In this document: positions 48,688 to 60,888 of the stretch, piece by piece | Layout of the letters: each line of letters begins with the position of its first letter | Position numbering within the stretch: position 1 is the first letter of the stretch | Assembly (NCBI GenBank): GCA_016710585.1 | Contig: JADJVN010000002.1 | Location: 87,791-151,790, forward strand | Length of the DNA: 64,000 nucleotides | Direction: 5' to 3' | Origin: Saprospiraceae bacterium | GTDB lineage: Bacteria; Bacteroidota; Bacteroidia; Chitinophagales; Saprospiraceae | Made by a program: the position numbers and the translations under genes | Notes under the pieces: model-generated | The model's input: the letters and a program-made list of their open reading frames with translations, nothing else | The model's database searches: none | Told to the model about the DNA's origin: nothing

Positions 48688-49236
48688 ATGAAAAAAAATA
48701 ATTTTCTTTTTATTGCTATGGTGACATTATTAGTTGCCTTCGTTGCTTGTAAAAGTGACAAAACTGCTGATGGTTCTGCCACTTCAGCTACTACTCCAGC
48801 TGCAGATCCAAATGCTCCAGCTCCAACACCAGGTGCTGAGACAGCTCCAGCTGCTCCAACTGGTCCTACTACAACAGTTGAATTTGAAACTATGGTTCAC
48901 GATTGGGGTGAATTAAAAGATGGAGAACACATGAAATATGAATTTAAATTCAAGAACACAGGTTCTGAGCCATTAGTGATCTCTGATTCTAAAGGAAGCT
49001 GTGGTTGTACAGTTCCAGAATGGCCAAGAGAGCCTATCGCACCAGGTGCTTCTGCTGCAATCAAAGTTGAATTTGATTCTAAAGGAAAAGGAACTGATGA
49101 TGGTCAGAAACAAACTAAAAGAGTTACAGTTACTGCAAATACAAATCCTGCACAAACTTATTTAACAATTTCAGGTATTGTAAAGAAAGATCCTAATGCA
49201 AAGCCTGAAGCAACTGCTCCAGCTGCAGGTCACTAA
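48688..49236 (+). CDS. DUF1573 domain lipoprotein with Pro/Ala-rich linker
   Basis: Signal MKKNNFLFIAMVTLLVAFVAC. HDWGELKDGEHMKYEFKFKNTGSEPLVISDSKGSCGCTVPEWP. Confidence 0.8.
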   Translation: MKKNNFLFIAMVTLLVAFVACKSDKTADGSATSATTPAADPNAPAPTPGAETAPAAPTGPTTTVEFETMVHDWGELKDGEHMKYEFKFKNTGSEPLVISDSKGSCGCTVPEWPREPIAPGASAAIKVEFDSKGKGTDDGQKQTKRVTVTANTNPAQTYLTISGIVKKDPNAKPEATAPAAGH

Positions 49237-49267
49237 TAATATTAGAATAAAATAGGTATTATATATG

Positions 49268-49298
49268 CCCGATCATTGTAAAATGGTCGGGTTTTTTT
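49268..49298. terminator. Rho-independent terminator between convergent genes
   Basis: CCCGATCAT-tgtaaa-ATGGTCGGG (one mismatch) followed by T7. Confidence 0.6.
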
Positions 49299-49312
49299 AT
49301 TGAAAAATTTAA

Positions 49313-50524
49313 TCAAATTCCTGAAGTAAGTAGCAAATCTAAATTCGTGTACTTGATTCCAAATCTCTGAGCTAGATATTCATTTGTAAGACAACCTTTA
49401 TATGTGTAGATTCCATTTCTCAATCCCTTGTAATCATAAATTATCTTTTCAATACTTCCTGAATCTCCAGCTTGTTGTAGGAATGTTGTGATGATATTGC
49501 TGATCCCAATCGATGCAGTTCTCGATACTTTTGAAGCAATATTTGGGACGCCATAGTGAACTACGCCATGTACTATTCTTGTCGGTTTTTCATGTGAAGT
49601 GACTTCACTAGTTTCGATACATCCACCTTGGTCTACACTCACGTCAATAATAACAGAACCTGATTTCATCTTCATGACCATTTCTTCAGTAACGATAATC
49701 GGTGTGCGCCCAGTTTTTGAATGCATTGCGCCAATGACGACATCTGCTGACATGAGCTGTTGCAATATGGTTACTGGATTAAAGGCAGAAGTATACAGTT
49801 GCCTACCAATTCTATTTTGAATTCGAATTAATCGATGAATTTTATCATCGAATATTCTTACTTCAGCACCTAAGGCTAAAGCAGCTCTAGTTGCATATTC
49901 AGCAACAACACCTGCACCAAGTATAACCACTTTTGCTGGAGGCACGCCAGATATACCACCCAATAAAATACCTTTCCCATTTTTTGAATCACTGAGCAAT
50001 TCAGCAGCGGTATGGATCACAGCAAGTCCTGCAATTTCACTCATGGTTCGCACAATCGGGAATGAATTGTCATCAGCTTGCATATACTCCATTGCAAGGG
50101 AGGTGACGCGTCGCTGTCGAAGCATTTGGATATAATCCGATGTAATAGTCGGCAGTTGTAATGGAGAGATTAATATTTGATTTGGGCGAAAATATTCTAA
50201 TTCCTCTTGAGTTGGAGGTGCTACTTTTAGAATAATATCACACTCGAATACAGACTTCTTATCATGCACGATTTGAGCTCCAGCTTCAGAGTATTCATGA
50301 TCGCTATAATTTGATTTTAGACCAGCTTCACTTTCTATCACTATTTCATGCCCCCTTGCAGTTAGGTTAATTACTGAATGAGGCACCAATGCTACACGAT
50401 TTTCTTGCATCGTTGTTTCCTTTGGAATACCTATCTTTAATGATGATTTTGCATGCTCAAAAGCAAGGAGTTGTGCTTGAGTGAGAAGCTGTGATTTTTC
50501 CGCAAAATAAAATTGTTCTTTCAT
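49313..50524 (-). CDS. Alanine dehydrogenase/PNT-family NAD(H)-binding enzyme
   Basis: LKIGIPKETTMQENRVALVP and the Rossmann motif VVILGAGVVAEYATRAAL. 403 aa with a short N-terminal extension. Confidence 0.8.
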   Translation of the reverse strand: MKEQFYFAEKSQLLTQAQLLAFEHAKSSLKIGIPKETTMQENRVALVPHSVINLTARGHEIVIESEAGLKSNYSDHEYSEAGAQIVHDKKSVFECDIILKVAPPTQEELEYFRPNQILISPLQLPTITSDYIQMLRQRRVTSLAMEYMQADDNSFPIVRTMSEIAGLAVIHTAAELLSDSKNGKGILLGGISGVPPAKVVILGAGVVAEYATRAALALGAEVRIFDDKIHRLIRIQNRIGRQLYTSAFNPVTILQQLMSADVVIGAMHSKTGRTPIIVTEEMVMKMKSGSVIIDVSVDQGGCIETSEVTSHEKPTRIVHGVVHYGVPNIASKVSRTASIGISNIITTFLQQAGDSGSIEKIIYDYKGLRNGIYTYKGCLTNEYLAQRFGIKYTNLDLLLTSGI

Positions 50525-50967
50525 AAAGCAAACTTTAAGGTATAACTTCTTTGATTATTTTCCAAAGTTTCGATAAATATTTCTTGAAATTCTCCTTTTT
50601 GAAGTAATGGAAGTATTAATTGAGGCCATTCAATAAAACAATGCTTACCGCTCCAGAGATGATCTTCAATGGCTATATTCAAAGCTTCATCCAATGAATT
50701 TAGACGATACAAATCCATGTGATAAATGCCATGAATAGTATATTTTTTGTTGTTTGGGATGTATTCATTGATCAATGAAAAAGTTGGACTACTCACCTCA
50801 CTACTACAATCTAATTCCTTGCAGATTGCCCTCATTAATGCTGTTTTTCCAGCCCCCATTTGACCATATAATAATGTAATTTTATTTGTTTGAACAAACT
50901 CCAAAATTTGTGGACAGAATTTACATAATTCTTCCTCCGAGGATTCAAAATGAACACTTTCTTTCAC
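50521..50967 (-). CDS. tsaE: tRNA t6A biosynthesis ATPase TsaE
   Basis: LYGQMGAGKTALMRAICKEL...SPTFSLINEY...HMDLYRL. GTG start. 4-nt overlap with the downstream gene. Confidence 0.85.
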   Translation of the reverse strand: MKESVHFESSEEELCKFCPQILEFVQTNKITLLYGQMGAGKTALMRAICKELDCSSEVSSPTFSLINEYIPNNKKYTIHGIYHMDLYRLNSLDEALNIAIEDHLWSGKHCFIEWPQLILPLLQKGEFQEIFIETLENNQRSYTLKFAL

Positions 50968-51113
50968 AGGCCCAAAATTACTAGAATTAGATGAATTATC
51001 CCTTAATTTTCAATGAAAAACACATATTCAAATTTTTTATATATATAATGCAATTATATTTATTTTTTAATTATAAAAAATATTCATAATTAAGCGATTA
51101 CATGAATTTTTAG

Positions 51114-53102
<1,989 letters not shown>

Positions 53103-53145
53103 TCGCAATTATCAATTCAAATAGAAAAATTATCGATCCACGACC

Positions 53146-54693
53146 ATGGCAAATCAAGAGGAACTTTTTAAGAAAATAGTAAGTCATTCTAAAGAATATG
53201 GATTCATTTATCAGTCATCTGAGATATACGATGGCTTGAGTGCAGTTTATGATTATGGACCATATGGTGTTGAATTGAAGAATAATATCAAAACCTATTG
53301 GTGGAAATCGATGGTGCAAATGCATGACAATATTGTCGGCATTGATGCTGCTATTTTTATGCATCCTAAGACTTGGAAAGCTTCAGGTCACGTCGATGCA
53401 TTCAATGATCCATTAATAGATAATAAAGATTCAAAAAAAAGATATCGAGCCGATCAACTTATTGAAGATGCTGTGGCAAAAATCGAAGCCAAATTGGAAA
53501 AAGAAGTTGAAAAAGCTAAATCAAGATTTGGAGCAAGTTTTGATGAAAAATTATATCGTGAGACCAATCCAAGAGTAGTCGAATATGCGCAAAAAGCTCA
53601 ATCCATTTTAGATCGAATGAATACTGCTATGTCTGCAAATGATATGGACAGTTTGAAGAATTTGATCGTTGAATTGGAAATAGCCTGTCCAGACAGTGGA
53701 TCACGAAATTGGACAGAAGTGAGACAATTTAACCTTATGTTCAATACTCAACTAGGCAACATTGCAGGAGAGGAAGGCAAACTCTATCTCCGACCTGAAA
53801 CAGCACAAGGTATTTTTGTAAATTTTTTAAATGTCCAAAAAACGACAAGACAAAAAATACCATTCGGTATTGCTCAAATCGGAAAAGCATTTCGAAATGA
53901 AATTGTAGCGAGACAATTTATTTTTAGAATGCGTGAATTCGAACAAATGGAGATGCAATATTTCGTAAAGCCGGGAGAGGAAATGAAATGGTACGAGTAT
54001 TGGAAAAATGCCAGGATGCAATGGCATAGAGCGATTGGGACACCAGAGGAAAAATTAAAATTTCACAATCACGAGAATCTCGCACATTACGCCAATGCTG
54101 CAGTAGATATTCAATTTGATTTTCCATTTGGTTTTAAAGAACTTGAAGGAATTCATTCAAGAACTAACTTTGACCTCACTAGCCATCAAGAATTATCAGG
54201 AAAAAAATTGCAATATTTTGATGCAGAAGATAATGAAAATTACGTGCCTTATGTAGTCGAAACTTCTGTGGGATGTGATCGTATGTTTTTATCAGTCTTA
54301 AGTAATTCTTTCATTGAAGAATCTGTACCAGACGCAGATGGAGGAGAAGCGACCAGGGTAGTTTTAAAGATTCATCCAGTTCTTGCACCTATTAAATGTG
54401 CTGTTTTACCACTTGTAAAAAACAAACCAGAATTGGTGGAAAAGGCCAGGCAGATTTTGAATCTTCTTAAACCGAATTTTCTTTGTCAATATGATGATAA
54501 AGATGCGATCGGTCGTCGTTATAGAAGGCAGGATGCAATAGGCACACCTTTTTGTGTTACTGTAGATTTTGAGACTTTAGAGGATCAGTGTGTAACTATT
54601 CGTGATAGAGATACGCTCGTTCAAGAGCGGATAGCGATTCAAGATGTTTCAAATTATATTCAAGAAAAAGTGAACTGGAATAATTTGTTTTAG
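53146..54693 (+). CDS. glyQS: Glycine--tRNA ligase (homodimeric class II type)
   Basis: 515 aa. LRPETAQG, FRNEI.ARQFIFRMREFEQMEMQYF and SVGCDR. Confidence 0.95.
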   Translation: MANQEELFKKIVSHSKEYGFIYQSSEIYDGLSAVYDYGPYGVELKNNIKTYWWKSMVQMHDNIVGIDAAIFMHPKTWKASGHVDAFNDPLIDNKDSKKRYRADQLIEDAVAKIEAKLEKEVEKAKSRFGASFDEKLYRETNPRVVEYAQKAQSILDRMNTAMSANDMDSLKNLIVELEIACPDSGSRNWTEVRQFNLMFNTQLGNIAGEEGKLYLRPETAQGIFVNFLNVQKTTRQKIPFGIAQIGKAFRNEIVARQFIFRMREFEQMEMQYFVKPGEEMKWYEYWKNARMQWHRAIGTPEEKLKFHNHENLAHYANAAVDIQFDFPFGFKELEGIHSRTNFDLTSHQELSGKKLQYFDAEDNENYVPYVVETSVGCDRMFLSVLSNSFIEESVPDADGGEATRVVLKIHPVLAPIKCAVLPLVKNKPELVEKARQILNLLKPNFLCQYDDKDAIGRRYRRQDAIGTPFCVTVDFETLEDQCVTIRDRDTLVQERIAIQDVSNYIQEKVNWNNLF

Positions 54694-54704
54694 ACATTTC
54701 TGTT

Positions 54705-57080
54705 TTATACGATTTCATTTTTATCTGGGTTTTTAACTTCCATTACATTGATTGTAAAATGAAATGAATTTCCTTTATTACCTTGATCTGAAGTCCATAT
54801 ATCCCCTTCATAGATTTCTACTATTTTCTTACAGCTTGCTAGTCCAATGCCATTAGATTGATATAAATTATCTTGAGACTCAAAGGCATTAAAGATCAAG
54901 TGATTGAGATGAGTTTTTGATTGGTTACAATTGGTTTCAATATTGATCAATAGTTTATGGTCATCTTGAGTTAGTGAATTTATTGTTAGAACCAGTTCTG
55001 ATTTTTTTAAACAGTTGTTTAATAAAAACAAAAGAATATTCTGAAATAAAATCCTAATCAAATTTTTATGTGCATAGATATTGGGTAGTTTATTGAGATG
55101 TACTGCAAAACTAAATTTGGATTCTTTATTTAAGTCTTGGATGATATCGAGTATCAATTGATGGAGATCAAAAGAGTTTTTTTCAGGTAAGTTTGAATCC
55201 AAATTTGACAGCAATAATAAGTCATCTATCATTTTATTAAACATCCTATTATTACTGGTCAGTTCATTAAAGAATTGATTTAGCCCATTCATATATTCAG
55301 GATTGTTCTTCAATTTCGTTTCCATATTTTCAATATACTCAAGACTGGTATTCAAAGGCGCTTTGATATCTTTTGCAGCCATGACAGCAAAGTTTTTTAA
55401 ATTGGCATTCATGGTTTTTAAAGACTGATTCATCTCATCTATTTTTACTTGTCTGTTTTTATATTTTTCATTGATCTTTGAGAGTTGTGTTTTTTGTTTG
55501 CGCAATACATTTACTAAGACAAATAGAATAAATGAAAAAAGAAGTAAAAATGAAATTAATAGATTCTGGACGATTTTATTTTTGTTCTTTACTTCAAGTT
55601 GTTTTTGAAGAGAGCTGATGTCTAACTCTTTTTCCAAAAGTGACTTCTCAAAATTAATTTTAGAAATGGATTTATCCATTTCTATTTGAGTTGATTTTTT
55701 AAAAAAATTTTCCTTTATAGATAATTGTTTTTTTAAATAAAATTCAAGACTGTCAATGTTTTTTATATACTTATAATTGTCAACTAGACAAGTACAACTA
55801 AGCACAGCTATATCATCTATGCCATTTGTGTTTGCATAATTGAAAGCTTCCTTGCAGAATTTTATGCCTTCATTTACTTTATTGTAATTTACAAGGAGCA
55901 TGCCAAGATAAACTTGCATTATTGCTTTGACACTTGGAGATTGGATCAAAGGAATGGTTGTTTCCATTTTATTATAATATTCTAATGCTTTAGCTTTGTC
56001 TTTGCTTTCTTAATATACATTTCCAATCCCCAAAAGCGCTTTTGCATAGGCTTCAATATTATTTTGTTTGGATGCAATATCAGCTGTAGCTTTATAATAC
56101 TGTAGTGCACTATGCAAGTCTAAATTGTCTTTACATAAATTGCCTAGTGCAATGGTTATTTGTAATTGGATTTTGTCTGGGAGCATTATTTTATTAATCT
56201 TGTAAGCTTTTTCAAACATTTGCTTAGCTTCAAAATTTTTTTTCTGAGTGGTTAATAAATTTCCATAATTGACATATAATTTCATTAAGGTGAATTCTTC
56301 ATTATTTTGAAGGGCGATATTAATCCCTTGATTAAAATAATCCGCAGCTTTATCAGGGATCCCGACTAGAAAATATGAACTTGCTATAATTAAATGATTT
56401 AGCAGCATTCCTTTTACATGACCTAATGCTTCATATTGACTTAGGCTCTTATAAGAATAATGTAAGACTGAATCATATGCGCCATTTCTGAATTCAATTT
56501 GACTTTTGATCAAATTACCATAAGCTGATGCAAGGCTATCAGGCTTTTCATTCAGCTTTGAAAAACCACTAGAAATATATATTTCAGCCAGACTATCTTG
56601 TCTAAGATTTAAATAGCATTTACTCAGATATAAATCTGCTAATCTCAGTTCATCCTCAGACTTAAGTTTTATTGCTAAAATTTTAAAAGCACTGAACGTT
56701 TCTAAGGCAAGTGAATCTTCCTGAGATTCGATATAAAAATTTCCTTTTGCTTCCAAATATTTTAGATAGACTTTATCATTAGGATTTGAAAGAAAACTCT
56801 TATTTAATTCAGAAATAATTTCATTCGAAGCTTTAAAATTACTTTTTTCAAACTCTATGGCAGCTTTTAATACAGCAGGGTAAAGACTAGAATCCTGTTC
56901 AGTTAAATTTTTAAGATTGATTTCAACAAGACTGAATTTTCTTTGATAGATTTCTTTTTGGATTGATTGAATCAGAGAGATATTGGAATAACTGTCATTG
57001 CCGCTATGATGACGACAACAAATGATTAGCAGGCAAACTAATGATAAGCCTATGACATTTGCTTTTTGACCTAAAGACAT
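54705..57080 (-). pseudogene. TPR-repeat sensor histidine kinase gene interrupted by one in-frame TAA
   Basis: 2376 nt is 792 codons in one frame. The sequence reads ...KALLGIGNVY*ESKDKAKALEYYNKMETTIPL... across the TAA at 56010-56012, inside a TPR repeat. The layout is signal/TM, TPRs, TM (LLISFLLLFSFILFVLV), coiled coil, HisKA-like domain and HATPase_c-like domain. Confidence 0.75.
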
Positions 57081-57358
57081 TGAGTAGTAAAATAAATGTA
57101 CTTGAAACTTGAATAGTTCAAGGCATCAGGATGAGTAAAAATAAGATATTATATGATATTTTTAGATTTTTTTTAAATTATAATAAAACTTTGATATAAG
57201 TATAGTAATTTTAAAGAAATACACAATTAAATATTGTTAATGTGTTATTTAAATTTTTAAGAATTTGCAACTAATTTGAATTAGTTTATATTGATTTGAT
57301 TTTTATACATAAGACTTAGTTTTAGATGACTTGCTGACTTTTGGGAGTAGCTATAAAT

Positions 57359-57389
57359 AAAAAAGCCATGTTTTACCATGGCTTTTTTT
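57359..57389 (-). terminator. Rho-independent, bidirectional-looking terminator
   Basis: AAAAAAGCCATG-ttttac-CATGGCTTTTTTT, 20 nt beyond the stop of the 57409-59043 gene. Confidence 0.65.
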
Positions 57390-57408
57390 AATTTAATTAT
57401 ATTTCTTA

Positions 57409-59043
57409 TTACAATTTTTGAAATATTGCTTTCGATACTGTGACACCATTGTAGTAAACCAATACTACATAGCTTCCTGGTTGTAAACTATCCACCATTA
57501 AAGGAACTTTATTCACGCCAGACACGATGTCTATACTATATTGTTGTAAATTAGCTCCTGTCATGTGTGCAATAATCAATTCTACTTTATAGTCTCCATT
57601 GCTTTTGATATTTACTGTAAGGTCATTTAGAGCAGGGTTGGGATTGACCTCACTGATACTGATTTCTACTGTCGTTCCTCTCACATTTCCAGCTTTGATA
57701 TTTTTTGCTACTTTACATGGTACACCATTAAAATATAAAACTAAGAATACAGTATAGTTCCCTTCTTTCGCATAAACGTGAACTGGGCTTTCCTCTTTTG
57801 AAGTATTGCCATCGCCAAAACTCCAAATTAAACTGTCAGGCTTTGTCGTACTTGAAAAACTGAATTTTGCAGTCAAGCTGTCCAGCTTTACGTCAAAATC
57901 TGTAGGACATGGTGAGTTAACCACACCTGACACTTTAATTGTTTTCGTGATAGTACAAGGAACGCCGTTTATAGTGATAGTAAGACTTACTTTATATTCA
58001 CCACCCTTTGTATATGCATGAAGAGGATTCTCATCAGATGATGTCGTACCATCTCCAAATTCCCAAAGTAATTTATCGTATTTACTGTTTATTTTTGAAT
58101 TAAACTGAATCTCTCCTGATCTTAAATATGTGTAACCAAAATCAAAAGCACATGGATTGTTCACTTTTCTATCAGTGACTTGGACTGTCATCATCATTTC
58201 GATGATACAATTATCACCAATAATTTTAGCTTTTACTTTATATGTTCCTACACTGTCATATTGATGAGTTGTCTCTATTCCTGTTCCTGTTTTACCATCT
58301 CCAAAATCCCAAATAACTTCATTAATTTTATAATCAGCTGTTGCGATAAATTTATAATTAAGTCCTGTAGAAGAACTTGTGGCTCCAATTGCCCTTACAT
58401 TCAATTTTCCACAACAAGATGCATTAGCTGAATAATTTGGAGTCGGTGGATTTACAACACCTGTTGCATTTAGCTTTTGAGTAAATGAGGAACTACAATT
58501 GCTGGTTTTTACTGTCAATGTAACTGCATATGCGCCATTGCGTCCATATTTGTGTTTGACTTCTTTCCCAGTATCTTGAGTGCCATCACCAAAATCCCAA
58601 GAATATACTGCACCTGGATAATCTGGTTCCGCTACAAATAGAAACGTTCCATCTGCAGATTGAGTAAAGCTAAATTTTACTGGACATCCACTTCCTACAA
58701 CGGATTTACAAATGATAAAATCAATAGTGCCACTAGTTTGACTTCTGCCACTATAACTTGTTTTTTGAACCTGAGCAGCATTTTGACACGGATCCTTTAC
58801 TGAAATTGTAAAGTTTGTAACCTTTCCAAGTTCTACTTGAGTTACTTGGCTATAAAGTCCATTTTTATCTGTTTTTAAAACGATTTGGAAATTATTATCT
58901 CCCGCAATGGCTACTTCCCAACCTTCCACACTGGATTTATCGGTGTACATTACTCTTCCAAAAATTTTAAAATCAGTGGTGTTTTGTGCATTGGATGTGT
59001 GTAATCCAAATAGCGCTAGTAATAGTAAATAAATATGTTTCAT
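57409..59043 (-). CDS. Secreted protein with four PKD domains and a T9SS type A sorting domain
   Basis: Signal MKHIYLLLLALFGLHTSNAQ. Four W(D/E/S)FGDG(T/K/N) PKD cores. C-terminal NPNPALNDLTVNI...GSYVVLVYY. Confidence 0.85.
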   Translation of the reverse strand: MKHIYLLLLALFGLHTSNAQNTTDFKIFGRVMYTDKSSVEGWEVAIAGDNNFQIVLKTDKNGLYSQVTQVELGKVTNFTISVKDPCQNAAQVQKTSYSGRSQTSGTIDFIICKSVVGSGCPVKFSFTQSADGTFLFVAEPDYPGAVYSWDFGDGTQDTGKEVKHKYGRNGAYAVTLTVKTSNCSSSFTQKLNATGVVNPPTPNYSANASCCGKLNVRAIGATSSSTGLNYKFIATADYKINEVIWDFGDGKTGTGIETTHQYDSVGTYKVKAKIIGDNCIIEMMMTVQVTDRKVNNPCAFDFGYTYLRSGEIQFNSKINSKYDKLLWEFGDGTTSSDENPLHAYTKGGEYKVSLTITINGVPCTITKTIKVSGVVNSPCPTDFDVKLDSLTAKFSFSSTTKPDSLIWSFGDGNTSKEESPVHVYAKEGNYTVFLVLYFNGVPCKVAKNIKAGNVRGTTVEISISEVNPNPALNDLTVNIKSNGDYKVELIIAHMTGANLQQYSIDIVSGVNKVPLMVDSLQPGSYVVLVYYNGVTVSKAIFQKL

Positions 59044-59319
59044 TTTTAAAATATTTAAATTGAATATAATTCTTATACCAATAATATTACCAAATATAGA
59101 TTTCGCTGCTTCAATTTTTGTTAATTTGATTAATAATATTATTGTAATTTGTAAGTCTATTAAAACGAGTATTATATGTATGATGAAAATAATTAATTTG
59201 ATAATAAATTTGAAATTCTATATTATTGTTAGAAGTCCAATTTTACTCGGTTTTTATACGAAAATTCCAATTGCTCAAAACCCAAGTACAAGATTGCTGT
59301 TTACATTCATGAAAATTCA

Positions 59320-60108
59320 ATGATGAAAATACAAGAGGTTACGGATTTCCTTGAGTCGATTGCGCCTAGAAAGTTGGCTGAAAGCTATGATAATGTTGGA
59401 TTGCTAACAGGAAAATTTGAACAGATCATAAGGGGCATTTTATTTTCTCTCGATGCAACAGAGGATATTGTTTTAGAGGCTATAAATAATAATTGTAATA
59501 TGATCATCTGTCATCATCCGATTATTTTTTCTGGACTAAAAAAAATCAATGGTTATCATTATGTAGAAAAAGCAATCATCGCTGCGATAAAAAATGACAT
59601 TGCAATTTATGCCATTCACACGAATCTCGATAATGTACTCCAATCTGGAGTAAATGAAAAAATTGCACAAAAAATAAACCTGCAAAATTTGAGTATCCTT
59701 CGACCACTGGCAGATTCAATACATACTGGAGCTGGTGTGATAGGGCATCTCCAACATGAGATGAGTACAGACTATTTCCTAAAGCTTATTAAGTCTAAAT
59801 TTAATTGTGCCGTGATTCGCCATACCAAGATTTTAAAACCAACTGTTCAGCATATTGCAATATGTGGAGGATCTGCTGCGTTCTTGATCAAAGATGCGAT
59901 CATGGCAAAGGCCGATGTTTTTATAACCGCAGATGTCAAATACCATGAGTTTTTTGAGGCTAATGGGCAAATTACCATTTTGGATATTGGACATTTTGAA
60001 AGTGAACAATTTACTATAGAATTATTATTTGAGCTTATATCACAAAAATTTACTAATTTTGCGCTCCGAAAATCAAATCAGAGTACTAATCCAATAAATT
60101 ATTACTAA
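59320..60108 (+). CDS. Nif3-like dinuclear metal-centre protein (YbgI/YqfO family)
   Basis: WDNVGLL-type N-terminus (SYDNVGLLTG), ICHHPIIF, YAIHTNLD and GHFESE. Confidence 0.85.
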   Translation: MMKIQEVTDFLESIAPRKLAESYDNVGLLTGKFEQIIRGILFSLDATEDIVLEAINNNCNMIICHHPIIFSGLKKINGYHYVEKAIIAAIKNDIAIYAIHTNLDNVLQSGVNEKIAQKINLQNLSILRPLADSIHTGAGVIGHLQHEMSTDYFLKLIKSKFNCAVIRHTKILKPTVQHIAICGGSAAFLIKDAIMAKADVFITADVKYHEFFEANGQITILDIGHFESEQFTIELLFELISQKFTNFALRKSNQSTNPINYY

Positions 60109-60109
60109 A

Positions 60110-60870
60110 ATGGCAAAAACTAATACAGTCTCAGCAGAAATTTCGATTACTCAAAAACTTAAACAGTTATATGAATTGCAACTCATTGATTCTGAGGTAG
60201 ATTCAATTCAAATTGTAAAAGGTGAGTTACCAATGGTCGTCTCTGATTTGGAGGATGAAATAGGTGGATTGAGCACTCGTGTCCATAAATTGGAAGGCAA
60301 CATTGCTGAGATGGACAAGGATCACAACAGCCATAAAATCAACATCAAGCAGTCTGAAGACAATATTAAGAAGTATGAGAAACAGCTTGATTCTGTAAAA
60401 AATAATAGAGAATTTGACGCTTTAAATAAAGAAATCAACCTTCAAAGGCTAGAAATTCAGCTTTCTGAAAAGAAGATGAAAGAAGCTGCTGAGCAAATCA
60501 AGAATAAAAAAGTAACTCTAGATACCTTGAAGGAGAAATTGGCTCAAAAGCACAAAGACGTCGAGGAAAAGAGGTCAGAATTAGCCAAGATTATTGAGAA
60601 GACAGAAAAGGATGAAAAAGCACTAGCAAACAAATCCGATAAGGCAAGAAAAATATTGAAGTGAGATTACTTCATGCCTATGACAATATTAGAAAGCGTT
60701 ATAGAAACGGTCTTGCAGTCGTGATGGTGAAGAGAAATGCTTGTGGCGGTTGCTTTAACCAGATCCCACCTCAGATGCAATTGGAGATTGCATTGCGCAA
60801 GAAAATCATTGCCTGTGAGCATTGTGGCCGTGTATTAGTGGATGATCTAATACAAAATGCTGAAGAATAA
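60110..60870 (+). pseudogene. Coiled-coil/C4 zinc-ribbon protein (COG1579-like, usual Nif3 neighbour) with a frameshift in an A5 run
   Basis: ORF 60110-60664 is the coiled-coil part and ORF 60661-60870 is RLLHAYDNIRKRYRNGLAVVMVKRNACGGCFNQIPPQ...CEHCGRVL. Together they form one protein if the A5 run at 60649-60653 is read as A6 (..DKARKNIEVRLLHAY..). 761 nt is 1 short of a whole frame. Confidence 0.75.
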
Positions 60871-60888
60871 ATCTGCATACTTAATTCA

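Noticed and set aside
48740-48880. Ala/Pro/Thr-rich repetitive stretch as a DNA-level repeat element
   Set aside because: It is in frame within the DUF1573 lipoprotein and encodes a typical flexible Pro/Ala linker after the lipobox. The overlapping ORFs 48734-48916 and 48973-49155 are frame artefacts.
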